Assembly (NCBI GenBank): GCA_002633005.1
Contig: NMRA01000491.1
Coordinates: 292,462-325,995, forward strand
Reading direction: 5' to 3'
Source of the DNA: Phoronis australis
Taxonomy: Eukaryota; Animalia; Phoronida
DNA length: 33,534 nt
The notes under the pieces are model-generated. The model was not told the origin of the DNA. It ran no database searches and worked only from the letters and a program-made list of their open reading frames with translations. This document shows positions 12,991 through 23,800 of the stretch, one piece after another; the stretch's first letter is position 1, and every line of letters begins with the position of its first letter. A program made the translations under genes and the position numbers.

Positions 12991-13163
12991 TGTTGTGATG
13001 TTATAGTTTTCTATGACATCATCCTTTTGTGACGTCATTCTTATTTCCTGTCAATATATTTTACATTTCTTTTATACGTTTCTACTTCTTTCTATTACAA
13101 AAATATAAAAATTCAAGATTCTACAGGAAATAACAGTAAACAACTCTAAGACCTGTCACAACA
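12991..13163 (+). mobile_element. 3' LTR of the Gypsy element (173 bp)
   Basis: Starts immediately after the PPT, with perfect 8-bp inverted termini TGTTGTGA...TCACAACA. Confidence 0.8.
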
Positions 13164-13664
13164 ATCATCAGAACTATTCTGTTGTGTTTGCCATATATGG
13201 TAATGGTCAGCTGTCGGGAGGCTATGATTCTATGAATGACCATTACATACATTGTAATCTTGTTTACTACAGAGATCATCAAAACGTGTGGACGCACCCG
13301 ATGGGTCGGCTACTGGCTCAGCTGACAGCCAAAACAAGTTACTATAAACACAAACAATTTGCTAGCAAAGAAATAATATCACTAATACTATTAAACTTAC
13401 ATATTAAGTAATATGTCATGAATTTCACATATTTCATGGCAATACCAGCAGTTGGCGTAGGTATCTTTGGGGTTCCGATAAAGGTTTCAACTCTGACAAT
13501 CGTTGAGCCCGTCATCCGAGAGGTCAATTTCCTTGACAACCAGAAGGGTACTGTTCAGGAATTTTGGAAAGCAGTCAAATCGAGAATCGGGCAGCCGTCT
13601 TCGACTTCGTTTGCTGGACCTAATATGCTACCACAAGGCTTACCGATAGTTTTGTATAACATTC

Positions 13665-14240
13665 TTAGAGGAGAATGCCACCCGATTTAATTAGTCTTTT
13701 TACCGTCTTAATGGGTGTATATCCACATCGCCTCTTTTACTGTCAACCTCACATTGCCGAGAGATGTCGCGTTAACCTGTGAGAAAGGTGAGAAACGACA
13801 CAGCGACGTCAGTGGTTCGTGTGCAGAGCGGTGAATGACGCTACATTACATTCCCGCTTGTCCCAACTATGAAGCTACGAAGAAAGCGGGTACAGTGTAT
13901 ATCTTTTTTTTGACTTCCTCGAAAGCCCGAAATGCTTAGGAAGTGACTCGCGGTAGTGAAGAATGAAAGGTAAACTGTTAACAGCAAGTGTGAGGCCGTG
14001 AAACATGTCCGTGTCTCTAGCCGGCATTTCGTCGACAGTGATTTCTCTGACGAATTCCGGCGTACAAAAGAACTATCCATATTTCCGTTGCTGTGCATGT
14101 TCACGGCGCCTCTCTAGTATTTCTTGATCAGTGTATTCCGGTTCGAACTGCTAGCATGTGAAACCTAACGATACCACCCGTGAAGTCTTCGTCGGATGAG
14201 CTCTTGACTAAGTCAGGATTGGCGCTGGGCGAGTTGCCAT
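13665..14240. mobile_element. Kolobok-like non-autonomous remnant: dead THAP domain (+, 13835-14087) converging on a KolX-like N-terminus (-, 14240-14088)
   Basis: + strand: HYIPACPN...LPRKPEMLRK*LAVV...VRVSSRHFVDSDF...SIFP (THAP pattern with the C and W residues mutated). - strand: *QFEPEYTDQEILERR. Candidate terminus TTAG|AGGAGAATGCCACC at 13665-13682. Confidence 0.55.
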
Positions 14241-15899
14241 GTAGACGTTTATTATTCTGCGTTCTGTTTCAAAATGAGTTATTCTCATCCTAACCAATGC
14301 TTATATAAAACTGAAACAAATTCTTTATCACTATATACAATTTGTAATTATCTTTGCAGTATTCGTGAGTGCAAATGTCGAGAAGCAAGCAATGTCGGAA
14401 TAAACCACTGTGTTACCGGCTTTTGATGCTGGCAATAAAGGCACCGAGGCCGTGTGAGCGCTTGCTAATTCAGTATTTTTGCTGACAGAAAGCCGTTGTG
14501 AAACAATTATACGATTTTATATGCTATGGTCACATGTTAGGGGAATCTTTATTTAGTAATACAAATACATTATTCAAATCACTGTTACTGTACAACCTTT
14601 CAAGTGCCCTGGCGGTCTGTGGAAGGGGAACCCGGCTTCGCTGCCCCCGACAAGTAAGTAGATTTTCAGTTTCATGGGTAATTCACATAAATACTTACGT
14701 GCACGTTATTTCTTTGGCTCACTATTATATTTTTTCGTGACTGAAGGTTTAGTTTCCAACTGAAGCTGGATTATGTTCGTACTAGTTCCGGCGGCCGGCC
14801 GCGACGGGCCTGATCGGGTTCAGAGCCACTGGCCGGGATAACAAGCGTTTTGTGTGTTTAGAACTCAAAAAATCACATGTCTAAACAACACAGATCTAAG
14901 TTCTCCAGTCTGTATTTCACGGAAGAATACTTCGAATTTATTTCCGAACAAAACCCTAACTCCTGCTACATCACCTTGGTAAATTTGGTCTGGCTGCCGA
15001 ACTTTGTAAGCTACAGTGTGTCTAAATACCAATATATCCGTAACAGCCAAATAAAACAACTCTTTTTACATGAACTCGGTGTATTTTAAGGGTTTTTCAT
15101 CGAAGTTTGATGATTTATTGGTGACGATGAATTCAAACGATGAGCTGACACCAGTAAAACTGCTGAACAGACTGCGTGTGAAACCAATTACGTCATTGGA
15201 TAATTTCAACACCTCCGTCTGCCGTTATCGAGTAGAACTACTCGATATAAATTGATGCAAAATAGGTTGTTTTCGGGTTTTAAGTGGCAGTTGAGGTTTT
15301 TTTTTGCTGACATTTTGCTTGAAAAATCAGATCTTGGCAGCTTCAAGAGTTTGTTCCACATGGTGCAAACTAAAAGATATCAACAGCATCAATGGCCAAA
15401 GACGTCAAAACCTTACACAAAGTCTATTGAAACCAATGGGTGGCCAGGTCAATTGCAGATGATTCCGTTTCCTGTGTTTTATATGGCCAATATGGGATGC
15501 TTTTAATTAATCCTTTTGTGCATTCAAAAATTGATCAATCTGATGTTGAATGGGACATCACAGGGTTATTCATTCTGGCAATAACCTGGGCTAAAGAGTG
15601 CTAGCTAGTTTCATAAAGAATTTGGCTACTTCCAGTTGTGAGCCATACACCCACACCATCTGCAGTCAGACAGACAGAGCCCAACAAGCTAACGACACGT
15701 TCGGGTGTTGTAATTAAGATGTTGAAAGGCCAACTTGCCCATGAAATGGTAACTCGTTCGTTGTTTTAAGAGATGTTCAGCACTCTCAATATGACTTAGA
15801 TTTCCTTCTAAGAAATTCTGATTCACTAAAACTTGAAGACGTCACATTCATTAGAAAGATTTATTATTCAAGACAAAGCTTTATTTTTATCTAAAAATG

Positions 15900-16860
15900 A
15901 AAGACAATAAATCCCAGATTCTGACAGTTTTACCCTCAAATTTAACAGTTTTCTTTTTTGGTGAGATGTTGCTGTTTCTACAGAACTCTTTGCCCCGCAC
16001 TCCGCAGTAAAGCAAAGTATAATCAAGAGAATTTATAAAAAAGTTGGAGGCCATTTTCATTGCGCAATAAAATTTACAAACTGTTGTCGGTTAGTATTGC
16101 TGAACGTCTCAATTTTGTCTTGATTTTTTATTCATTATTGCCGGTAGGTTTATTGGTGATGTATGATATTTTCTACGTATCTGAGCAACTGGTTATTCCA
16201 GGCTTGCTAATTGTCCTCGTTGATTTTGAAAAGGTGTTCGACTTGGTCTATTGAAACTTTGTACAAAATTTGTTATGTGTTGTTCATGCGTGCACCCAGC
16301 CTAACAATGGGGGCTCGAATTTTCGATAATGTGAACTTTTTACTATGAATTGTGCATTCGCCGAATTTTGGCAGTTCCTGCCTTTGTCTAGTTTTCTACT
16401 TTTCAGATTTTTCTCTGTTTCACCACTTCGCCAAATGGGGGAATCGTTCGACGCCCCCCGCGGGCGCGAATGTTATTAGTCGATGCTGATTTATTTTCAC
16501 TCGGCCAATTATACTTACATGTACTTGTAAAAGGTTTTAAAATGCAATTATTTATGGATGATTTGATATTTCATGACTACCCTTGCCAACTTTGTGTCAA
16601 ATATGCAATCATTCGCAACGACTTTAAATATTTTTGATGGTTTTGACAATTTAAAATCGAGTTTCACTTGCTTTTGAGTAGATTTACAAAACATGACCAG
16701 TTACAGTTACTGTTATAGTCTATGGCCAAGAGGGGAATCAAAATATTTTTATTTGCCATCAAACAAGTGGTTATCATTTATCGTAAATACTTTAAATTCG
16801 CTTTAAAAGATTTTGCTTGCCGTTGTTTGATGGTTAGATATTCCTATTTTTGGCATACGT
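15900..16860 (+). mobile_element. Highly decayed L1/Tx1-like reverse transcriptase
   Basis: NKS(P)..SDSF, KSWRPFSLRNKIYKLLSVSIAERL and IPGLLIVLVDFEKVFDLV correspond to the KSPG.DG, RPISLLN..YK and DFEKAFD motifs. The right boundary is approximate. Confidence 0.7.
16285..16472. mobile_element. MITE inserted in the Tx1-like relic
   Basis: Imperfect TIRs CATGCGTGCACCC / CGGGCGCGAATG with internal GGGGG..TCGA..CCCCCC motifs. Confidence 0.45.
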
Positions 16861-17630
16861 ACATGCAACCTTTCAATTCACCACCTAAATAGCCATCTTG
16901 AGATCTTCGACAGTAGTTACCACCAATTTNAATTTGCCACTCAGAATCATCCATTGAACAGGAGCGAATTTAAAAGGCTGCCGCCATTTTTCGAGCATGC
17001 GCATAGTTCCTGTAAGAGAAAGCAACTGAATCAATGCTACTAATCCCTACGAAATTGGTCTCGGAATTTTCCTCACTAGGAAACGAACTTATTTCTGTGG
17101 CCACAAATAACATCCAGAGCGTTTTCAAGTTTAAAAACGCTTCAGAAAGTCCTTGTTATGGATAGCATAAAACACCATGTACTCAAAGGATTGTGGGATA
17201 CCTGTCACACCCAGTAGACGTACAATATATGTTCTACAGAGATTACATCATAGTACTTACGTGTTTCAAGCATCCAGAAGTTCAGTTTGTCGTAGGTATA
17301 AACAAACAAAGTAGCAGCTACTATATATCAAGTGCCAGCTTTCTAAGCATACGATCGCCCTCTTGACACTTAAAATGGGGTGACTTGAATCTTAGGAATC
17401 TCTGCTGTAGGTGGCTCCAGCATCGATTATTGCTATCTGTAGAAATGTCTAGCTAGCTCTTTCAAAGTTTGACGGCTTTAATCTATGATTATCTTGCAAT
17501 TCCTGCCAAATGTTGAAACCTGTGCCATGGTGGTGAGGAAATTTTTGTTAGTTTTTTTGTGATTTAATTTTTGTAATTAACGATTACTTGTATGCAGAGG
17601 TTGTCTTGCAACTGTTGCTATTGATTTCAG

Positions 17631-17803
17631 CTGTCATTGCTCATGCTAACTCCCTGCCCAGCGTACTTGATGAGACGTCCACGGACGCTGAGCAGCGCCT
17701 GAGTCAGCTTAACGTGGTCAAGATGAACACTTACTTGCTGTGCCAGTTCATGGAGAACTTTGAGGCGGAGGCCACCAAACCATTAGCTGTCCAGACTGGA
17801 AAG
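17631..17803 (+). CDS. NCAPD2: NCAPD2 exon (first recognisable in window)
   Basis: tttcag|CTGTC...GGAAAG|gtaaat; VIAHANSLPSVLDE...LNVVKMNTYLLCQFMENFE. Confidence 0.9.
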
Positions 17804-20800
17804 GTAAATGAACATCACTGTGATTGTATGCTGCTTGTGACTTTGTCAGTGACACGCTTAAATTTGCAACATCACAAGAGTCTAATCTAGGGAACTGAGA
17901 ATGGATTCCCTGTGACGTGTTGACATTCTGCGACAAAACTTGCTTGCCTGAAATTCTGTGAGATTTTGAGAATTTTGCGTCATAATGTTCACCGTGTAGT
18001 TAGGGCCAGTGTTGCGGTTACAGTTATTTTACGCTGCATCAAACGGTGGTCACTTTCTTCACAAATTGTAAAGTTATGGAATTTGTCACATTGTTATAAC
18101 TGACAAATAGAGTGCCTCGCATGTGTGAATTGACAAAATCACCAAGAAATTGACAATTAAGACTTCTCTGTGATTATTTTGAAAATTTGCGATTTGACAA
18201 ATTGTGTATTGGCAATAAACACGAATCCATTCTCTGAAGGAAAGGTGATATTTTAAAGCCACTTTGTGATTACTAACAAAATAATATGTATGTTTACACT
18301 TTGTAAATACTAACACAATAATATATATGATTGTTTACACTTTGTAAATACTAACACAATAATATATATGATTGTTTACACTTTGTGAATACTAACATAA
18401 TGATATGTATGTCTACATGTCTTTATTATTCTGGTTTACGTGATTATTTTGATGAACAAGTTTTTGAACCAATTGACTGCACATGTACGCAATTTGCACA
18501 GTGAATTTCTTACTAACCAGCCACTGAAAAAATTAAACTTCAAAATTCTTCTTGGATTTCTATTTGATGCTTTCACAAATTTGATGTTGTGTTGAATGAA
18601 TAATTTTTGAAAAGATGTGACGTACTCTCCACAACTGAAAACCTAAATATGTTTGTGGTGCACGAATGTCAATAAACATGATGGAAGTGTGCAGCGAAAT
18701 ACAATGGGGTTAAAAGCCAGTTTTGGTTAAGCCTACTTTAAAGCAATAAAGATATGTTAGCAATGGCAACGATCTTTTTCAAAACTAGTCGCTGTTCTTT
18801 GAAACATGCAATTGGCAATGCAAACATGCTACAAGTGCAGGCAAACAGGTCACGGAGAACACTGGCGTTTTAACGAATATGGTGCTCTTTACAATTCGTT
18901 TTACAAAATTTAACGAAAGTGATTATGAATGTACATCTTCAATGTAGACTTTTTTCTGAGTGAACAACTTTTTCACACTTTCATTACACCATTTGTACTG
19001 CTAGGGCCGTGGTAAATCCAAGAAGAAGGATACTTCCTCTGGCATTGACTGGGAGTATGAACGTGAGCGTGGTGTGCAGGCTCTACTGCAGCTGGTCAAG
19101 TTGAACATCCAGAGACTGTGGGACCCTCCAGTGGCTGAAGAGGAGTTTGTCAAGTAGGATATCAATCTTTTTCTGAACTCGACACTCTATTTGACCTCTT
19201 TCTTGCGGAGAGGGGGGGGGGCAAATTTCACCATATCTTTACATTAGCATTTTGCTATACCTTGCCTATGCAAAGATAAGAGATGATATTTTGAAACCAA
19301 TTTGTCTGCAAGCAGATTTTGTGCGTTTAAAGGCATACATCTTGAATAGTTCAAAGTGACGTAAATGATATATTCAAGTCATTTTTAGAACAAAGGTGTA
19401 ACCTGCGGCACATTGGGAAAAGACCAAAATTGGTTTCTTTTCAAAGTCTTGCATTGAAACATGACTTGGACCTTGTAGAGGCTTAGCTAATCCATTTATG
19501 CAAAGATTAAGGCTAAACTTGGAGCATATTTATTTTTGCGGCCACACTTTGGTCTATTATGCAATAGTATGTATATATACGTTCATACTGTACTGTCCTC
19601 TCCATCATAGGTTTCACTGTTGTTCTGTTTGTTCCAGCCTGGTGACCTGTACTTGCTACAAACTTTTGGAAGACCCAGTCCAGAGTAGATCCAAGACAAC
19701 CAGAGACGTCATATTCCACCTGTTGGGCACGATGGTGAAACGATACAATCATGCCTTAGGTAAAGTTAAGAAAGGGGACATACTGATATGCAAATGTCGT
19801 CACTTTGTAACTCTATTGTTTTTTAGAAGCATTAATTCATGGGAAAATTATATGGAGTATGGCTGAATGATTTGTTTTCTGAAGAATTGTCCGTAATGAT
19901 GAACATTTCACGTATAAAGCAGACGCCCTATACCACCAGTGAAGAGTATTGCAGAAGTGATAATTGTCTTATTGGTGATGCACATGGCAGCAAATTCTAA
20001 AAGCGATTGCCAGTCATGTGTGCCCAGCTTAAGTTTTGTACACTTCGAAAAAATGCTGATAACTGTGGATGATGCCGTAGTCATGTGTGGAAATATGATG
20101 TTTGTATTTATAAAAATGTTTCAAGAAAATGTAATATTTATTGTAATATTATGGATGGAACTCATTTAGTGTTGTTGTTGTTAGACTTGAGGCTTTTCAT
20201 CTTCTACGGAGCAGTTTGTTAATGCTTTGTGTTAACACATAAGTAAATTTTCAAGCGGTTTCTGAACTGAAATTTTATCTTGAGGTTAATGATTTGCTTT
20301 TTTTGTGTCTGCGAAGTTCATTTGTAAGATTTTGATTGTTCTCCGCGCATAACTCTTGTGCTTTGTTCCAATGTACAGGAGCCAGCCTGAAGATCATTCA
20401 GCTGTTACAACACTTTGAACATCTAGCCAGCCCACTGACTCATGCTGTTGAGCTGTTTGTCAACGAATACGGCGTTAAGAGTATAGTGAGTGAAATAATG
20501 AGGTTAGTGAACCCGTTTTGCACTACAAGTCACTCCCATTCTTGTTTTAAGACTTAAAGTATAGATAACTGCTAGAGCTGAACTACAAGCTATTGATAAA
20601 TCTACCTTGAAACGTTTATGCCTAAGAAGTGTAATTAAGCGGCTTATTCTGTATGTCATCTCTCTCCGTATTTGTGGCCTTTTTGTCAGTACTTGTTATC
20701 TTGGCTCAGCTTTTCACGCAGGAAGAAATTGAAAAGGTGCAAGAAAACTATGCTGTACGCACATTCACATTTCAGGGAGATAGGCCGCATGGACTCCAAG

Positions 20801-23800
20801 GACCTTGCTCGCGACAGCTCCGGCACGCGCGCCTTCTCTTTGTTCTTGATGGAGCTGGCTGAGAGGATCCCGGCTATCATGTTACCCAACATCAGTGTGT
20901 TAGTTGGCCTCTTAGATGGGGAGGTGAGAAGTGGTCAGGTCTGAAGAACAGTTAGAGGGGTCCTGACTGGTTGTTGAGGTCCTGTCACATCAGACTCATT
21001 CTCAGAACGTCTGCACTATTTTTGCATCTCAAAGAAATTGTTGGGGACAGATGGGAATACGCAACTTTAGCCAAAAACACACTCGAATTTAACATATTGG
21101 TATTTTTTGTTGAAAAATTGCTTAAAGTTTGAAGTTAAGTTCTTGCCTACTTCCATAACTATTTGTTTCCTGATTTTTCTATACAATTTTCAATTAACTT
21201 TCATGAAGAGCTTTTCTTAACTGTTCTAATGTATATAATGGCTAAACACTAGAGCGTGTCCTTGTGTATCTACTAAGTAAAACATTTTAGCACGAACCTG
21301 TATATATGTTGAGAAACTCGGGTGTTAACAATAAACATAGAATCTTTGCTGGTAAGCAGCCATCGTCATGGCAACAACCAAATTTGTTGCAGCAACGAGC
21401 TTAAGCAATACGCTTGAGATGAAATAATAATTGGTATATTTATCATGCAGGCATATCCCATGCGTAACTGTGTGCTTAGCATCATGGGTGAGATCGTTGT
21501 CCGTGTGCTGAGTAAGGAAAACTTGGATCACAAGCAGAAAACAGACAGAGATCAGTTCCTGGATAAACTGGAGGTATAGTGAGCCCTGGGCGTGTTCCGT
21601 AGACGCCAGAATCTCGTGAGTAAAGTTAGTGTGGTCCTGTGCCTCGCTTGCAATGCATGGTGATGTGTTGCGTGATATGATATTTACAGGAGGTTCTCGC
21701 GTCTATGGATCAGGCTCCTTTTTGTTTTGCCATGTTGCGTGTGAAACGAATAATAAAGATACTAGTTTTTTCTTATATGTATGCCATGCTGAGTGGAATC
21801 ATGACATATGATGTTAATTCTACCTAATCCGGGCAACAGGCGATTTTTGATGGACATCTGCACAGGTGCATAGGATATCACTTGTTTCTGAAATATTGGC
21901 TGGAGAAGAAACGACTCAATACTGACGTAGAAAATATATCTGAAACTAAATAAGGCGATCCAGATCCTCCCAAGGATACTATTGTTTCATGAAATGAAGA
22001 ATATAAATCGGTAAATAAAACAACAAGAATGGATCAACTGACAATAATTCCTGGTTAAATATGAATAGATTGGTTCACATTCAAATATCGCCTAGTTCAC
22101 ATTCAGCTATGGACTAGTTCACATTCAAATATTGCTTAGTTTATGTTAAAACATTCTTTGCCTGCTTCATTATGAAAAGCACAAGGCATATGAATGTTTT
22201 TGTGTGTTATGAACCCCAGTTATGTTCCAGGATCATGTTCATGATGTGAACGCATTTGTCAGAAGTAAAGTTCTACAGATATGGTTGAACGTCGTCAATG
22301 AAAAGGTAAGCACTTATTTCTAGCAAAGTCATATTAATCACTTACATCTACCTGTCAAATGGGGTTTGCAACATTGCAATTTTAACTACAGATTTGTTCC
22401 GGTTGGCAAAACACTTAATTTCAGATTTTTTTCTGTGTCCATTCATACTCTTGAATTGTGTCTTATCATTTTGCATTAGTTCCTCTGTCACTGTTCAGGT
22501 TGTCTCTACAGTTCACCCTCATCACCCCTTGTGTTGCTCTTTACAGATTACATTGCAATCCATTAACTCATACACACTTTGTCTCAGTCTCACTCCCTCA
22601 CTGAACCCCCACCACCCACTCTGTTGCTCCTTACAGATTACATTACAATCCATTATCTCATACACACTTTGTCTCAGTCTCACTCCCTCACTGAACCCCC
22701 ACCACCCACTCTGTTGCTCCTTACAGGTACCACTACTCACTTTTCATGCTTTGTTGCCCCTTACAGCTCCAGTCACTCTCTCATAAGTTGCCCCTTACAG
22801 GCCCGCCCTTCACCCTTTTCTTGCCCCTTACACACCCCACTTCTCACTCGGTCTGTTCTCCACTGCTGGCTCCGAAGTCATCTCTTCTATTGCCACTTAC
22901 AGGCCTTGCCCTTGCCCAGACAGCAACACTTGCTTGACCTTGTTATTGGTCGACTCCAAGACAAGTCCAGCTCTGTCAGGAAGTATGCCATTCAGCTGCT
23001 CACAGCGCTGCTCAGGAGTAATCCATTTGCTGCAAAGGTGAGGTGATTAGGGAACGTTTATTCAAAATCCTTATTGAAATATTTGGCTACCAAGTTTTGT
23101 TGAAAATATCATGCCAGTGTTCTTTGACGGCCCGCATGAACATTTTTTCAAACTTGATCAAACTATACAGCTTTGTGGAAAAACAGTCTCTGTTTTTCAC
23201 ACTGTTCAGCTTGTTTCATGTTGTGCTTAACAGCTTTCACACACACACACTCATACACACACACTTGCACACACACAAACGCACACACTCTGCTCTTTTT
23301 CTGACCACAAGTCTTCAAAGACTCCACGTTTTGTCTCCACAGCTGCCCTTGGAAGAACTGAAGGTTCACTATGAGAAAGAGAAAGAAAAACTACAGGAGT
23401 TGATGCCTGATAAAGAATTGAATTTCTCAGATGGTATGTGTTGCTTTTGTTCATTAGTCACTCGCCGTTCTCTCGTAATCTTGCTTTTCATTCATCGCTA
23501 GTCACTTTAGAGGCTATCTGTTGTTGGCAGTGAGTGCCCCTCTCACCAGCAACTTTCACCTGTTGCTAGGAGTTGGGAAATTCCAGAAAAAAATTGCCAC
23601 GGTAATCCAGTGAAATAAATTTCTAACTCGCGCATTATTGTGAAATGGGTCCTTGTTATTTTTTATGGAATTTCCGAATTTTTATGACATAAATTTTCTT
23701 TAGAACTGAACAAAAGATAGTAGGATACAGAGGTGCTAAAAATGGTTAAGTGATTTTGAAAACAATACTCAAATTTTTGACTGCTGTTTACAGAAAGTTG

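Noticed and set aside
14760-15510. GC-rich patch and short + strand ORFs (14877, 15070, 15252)
   Set aside because: No motif I can assign; probably more TE debris.
16931-17630. U85/SCARNA10, which in human lies in an NCAPD2 intron, from memory near this exon
   Set aside because: No C box/D box frame and no U5 loop-I antisense element (TCTTTAGTAA-like) is visible here or in the other introns.
22394-22786. Repetitive ORFs on both strands
   Set aside because: Produced by the 90-bp intronic tandem repeat.
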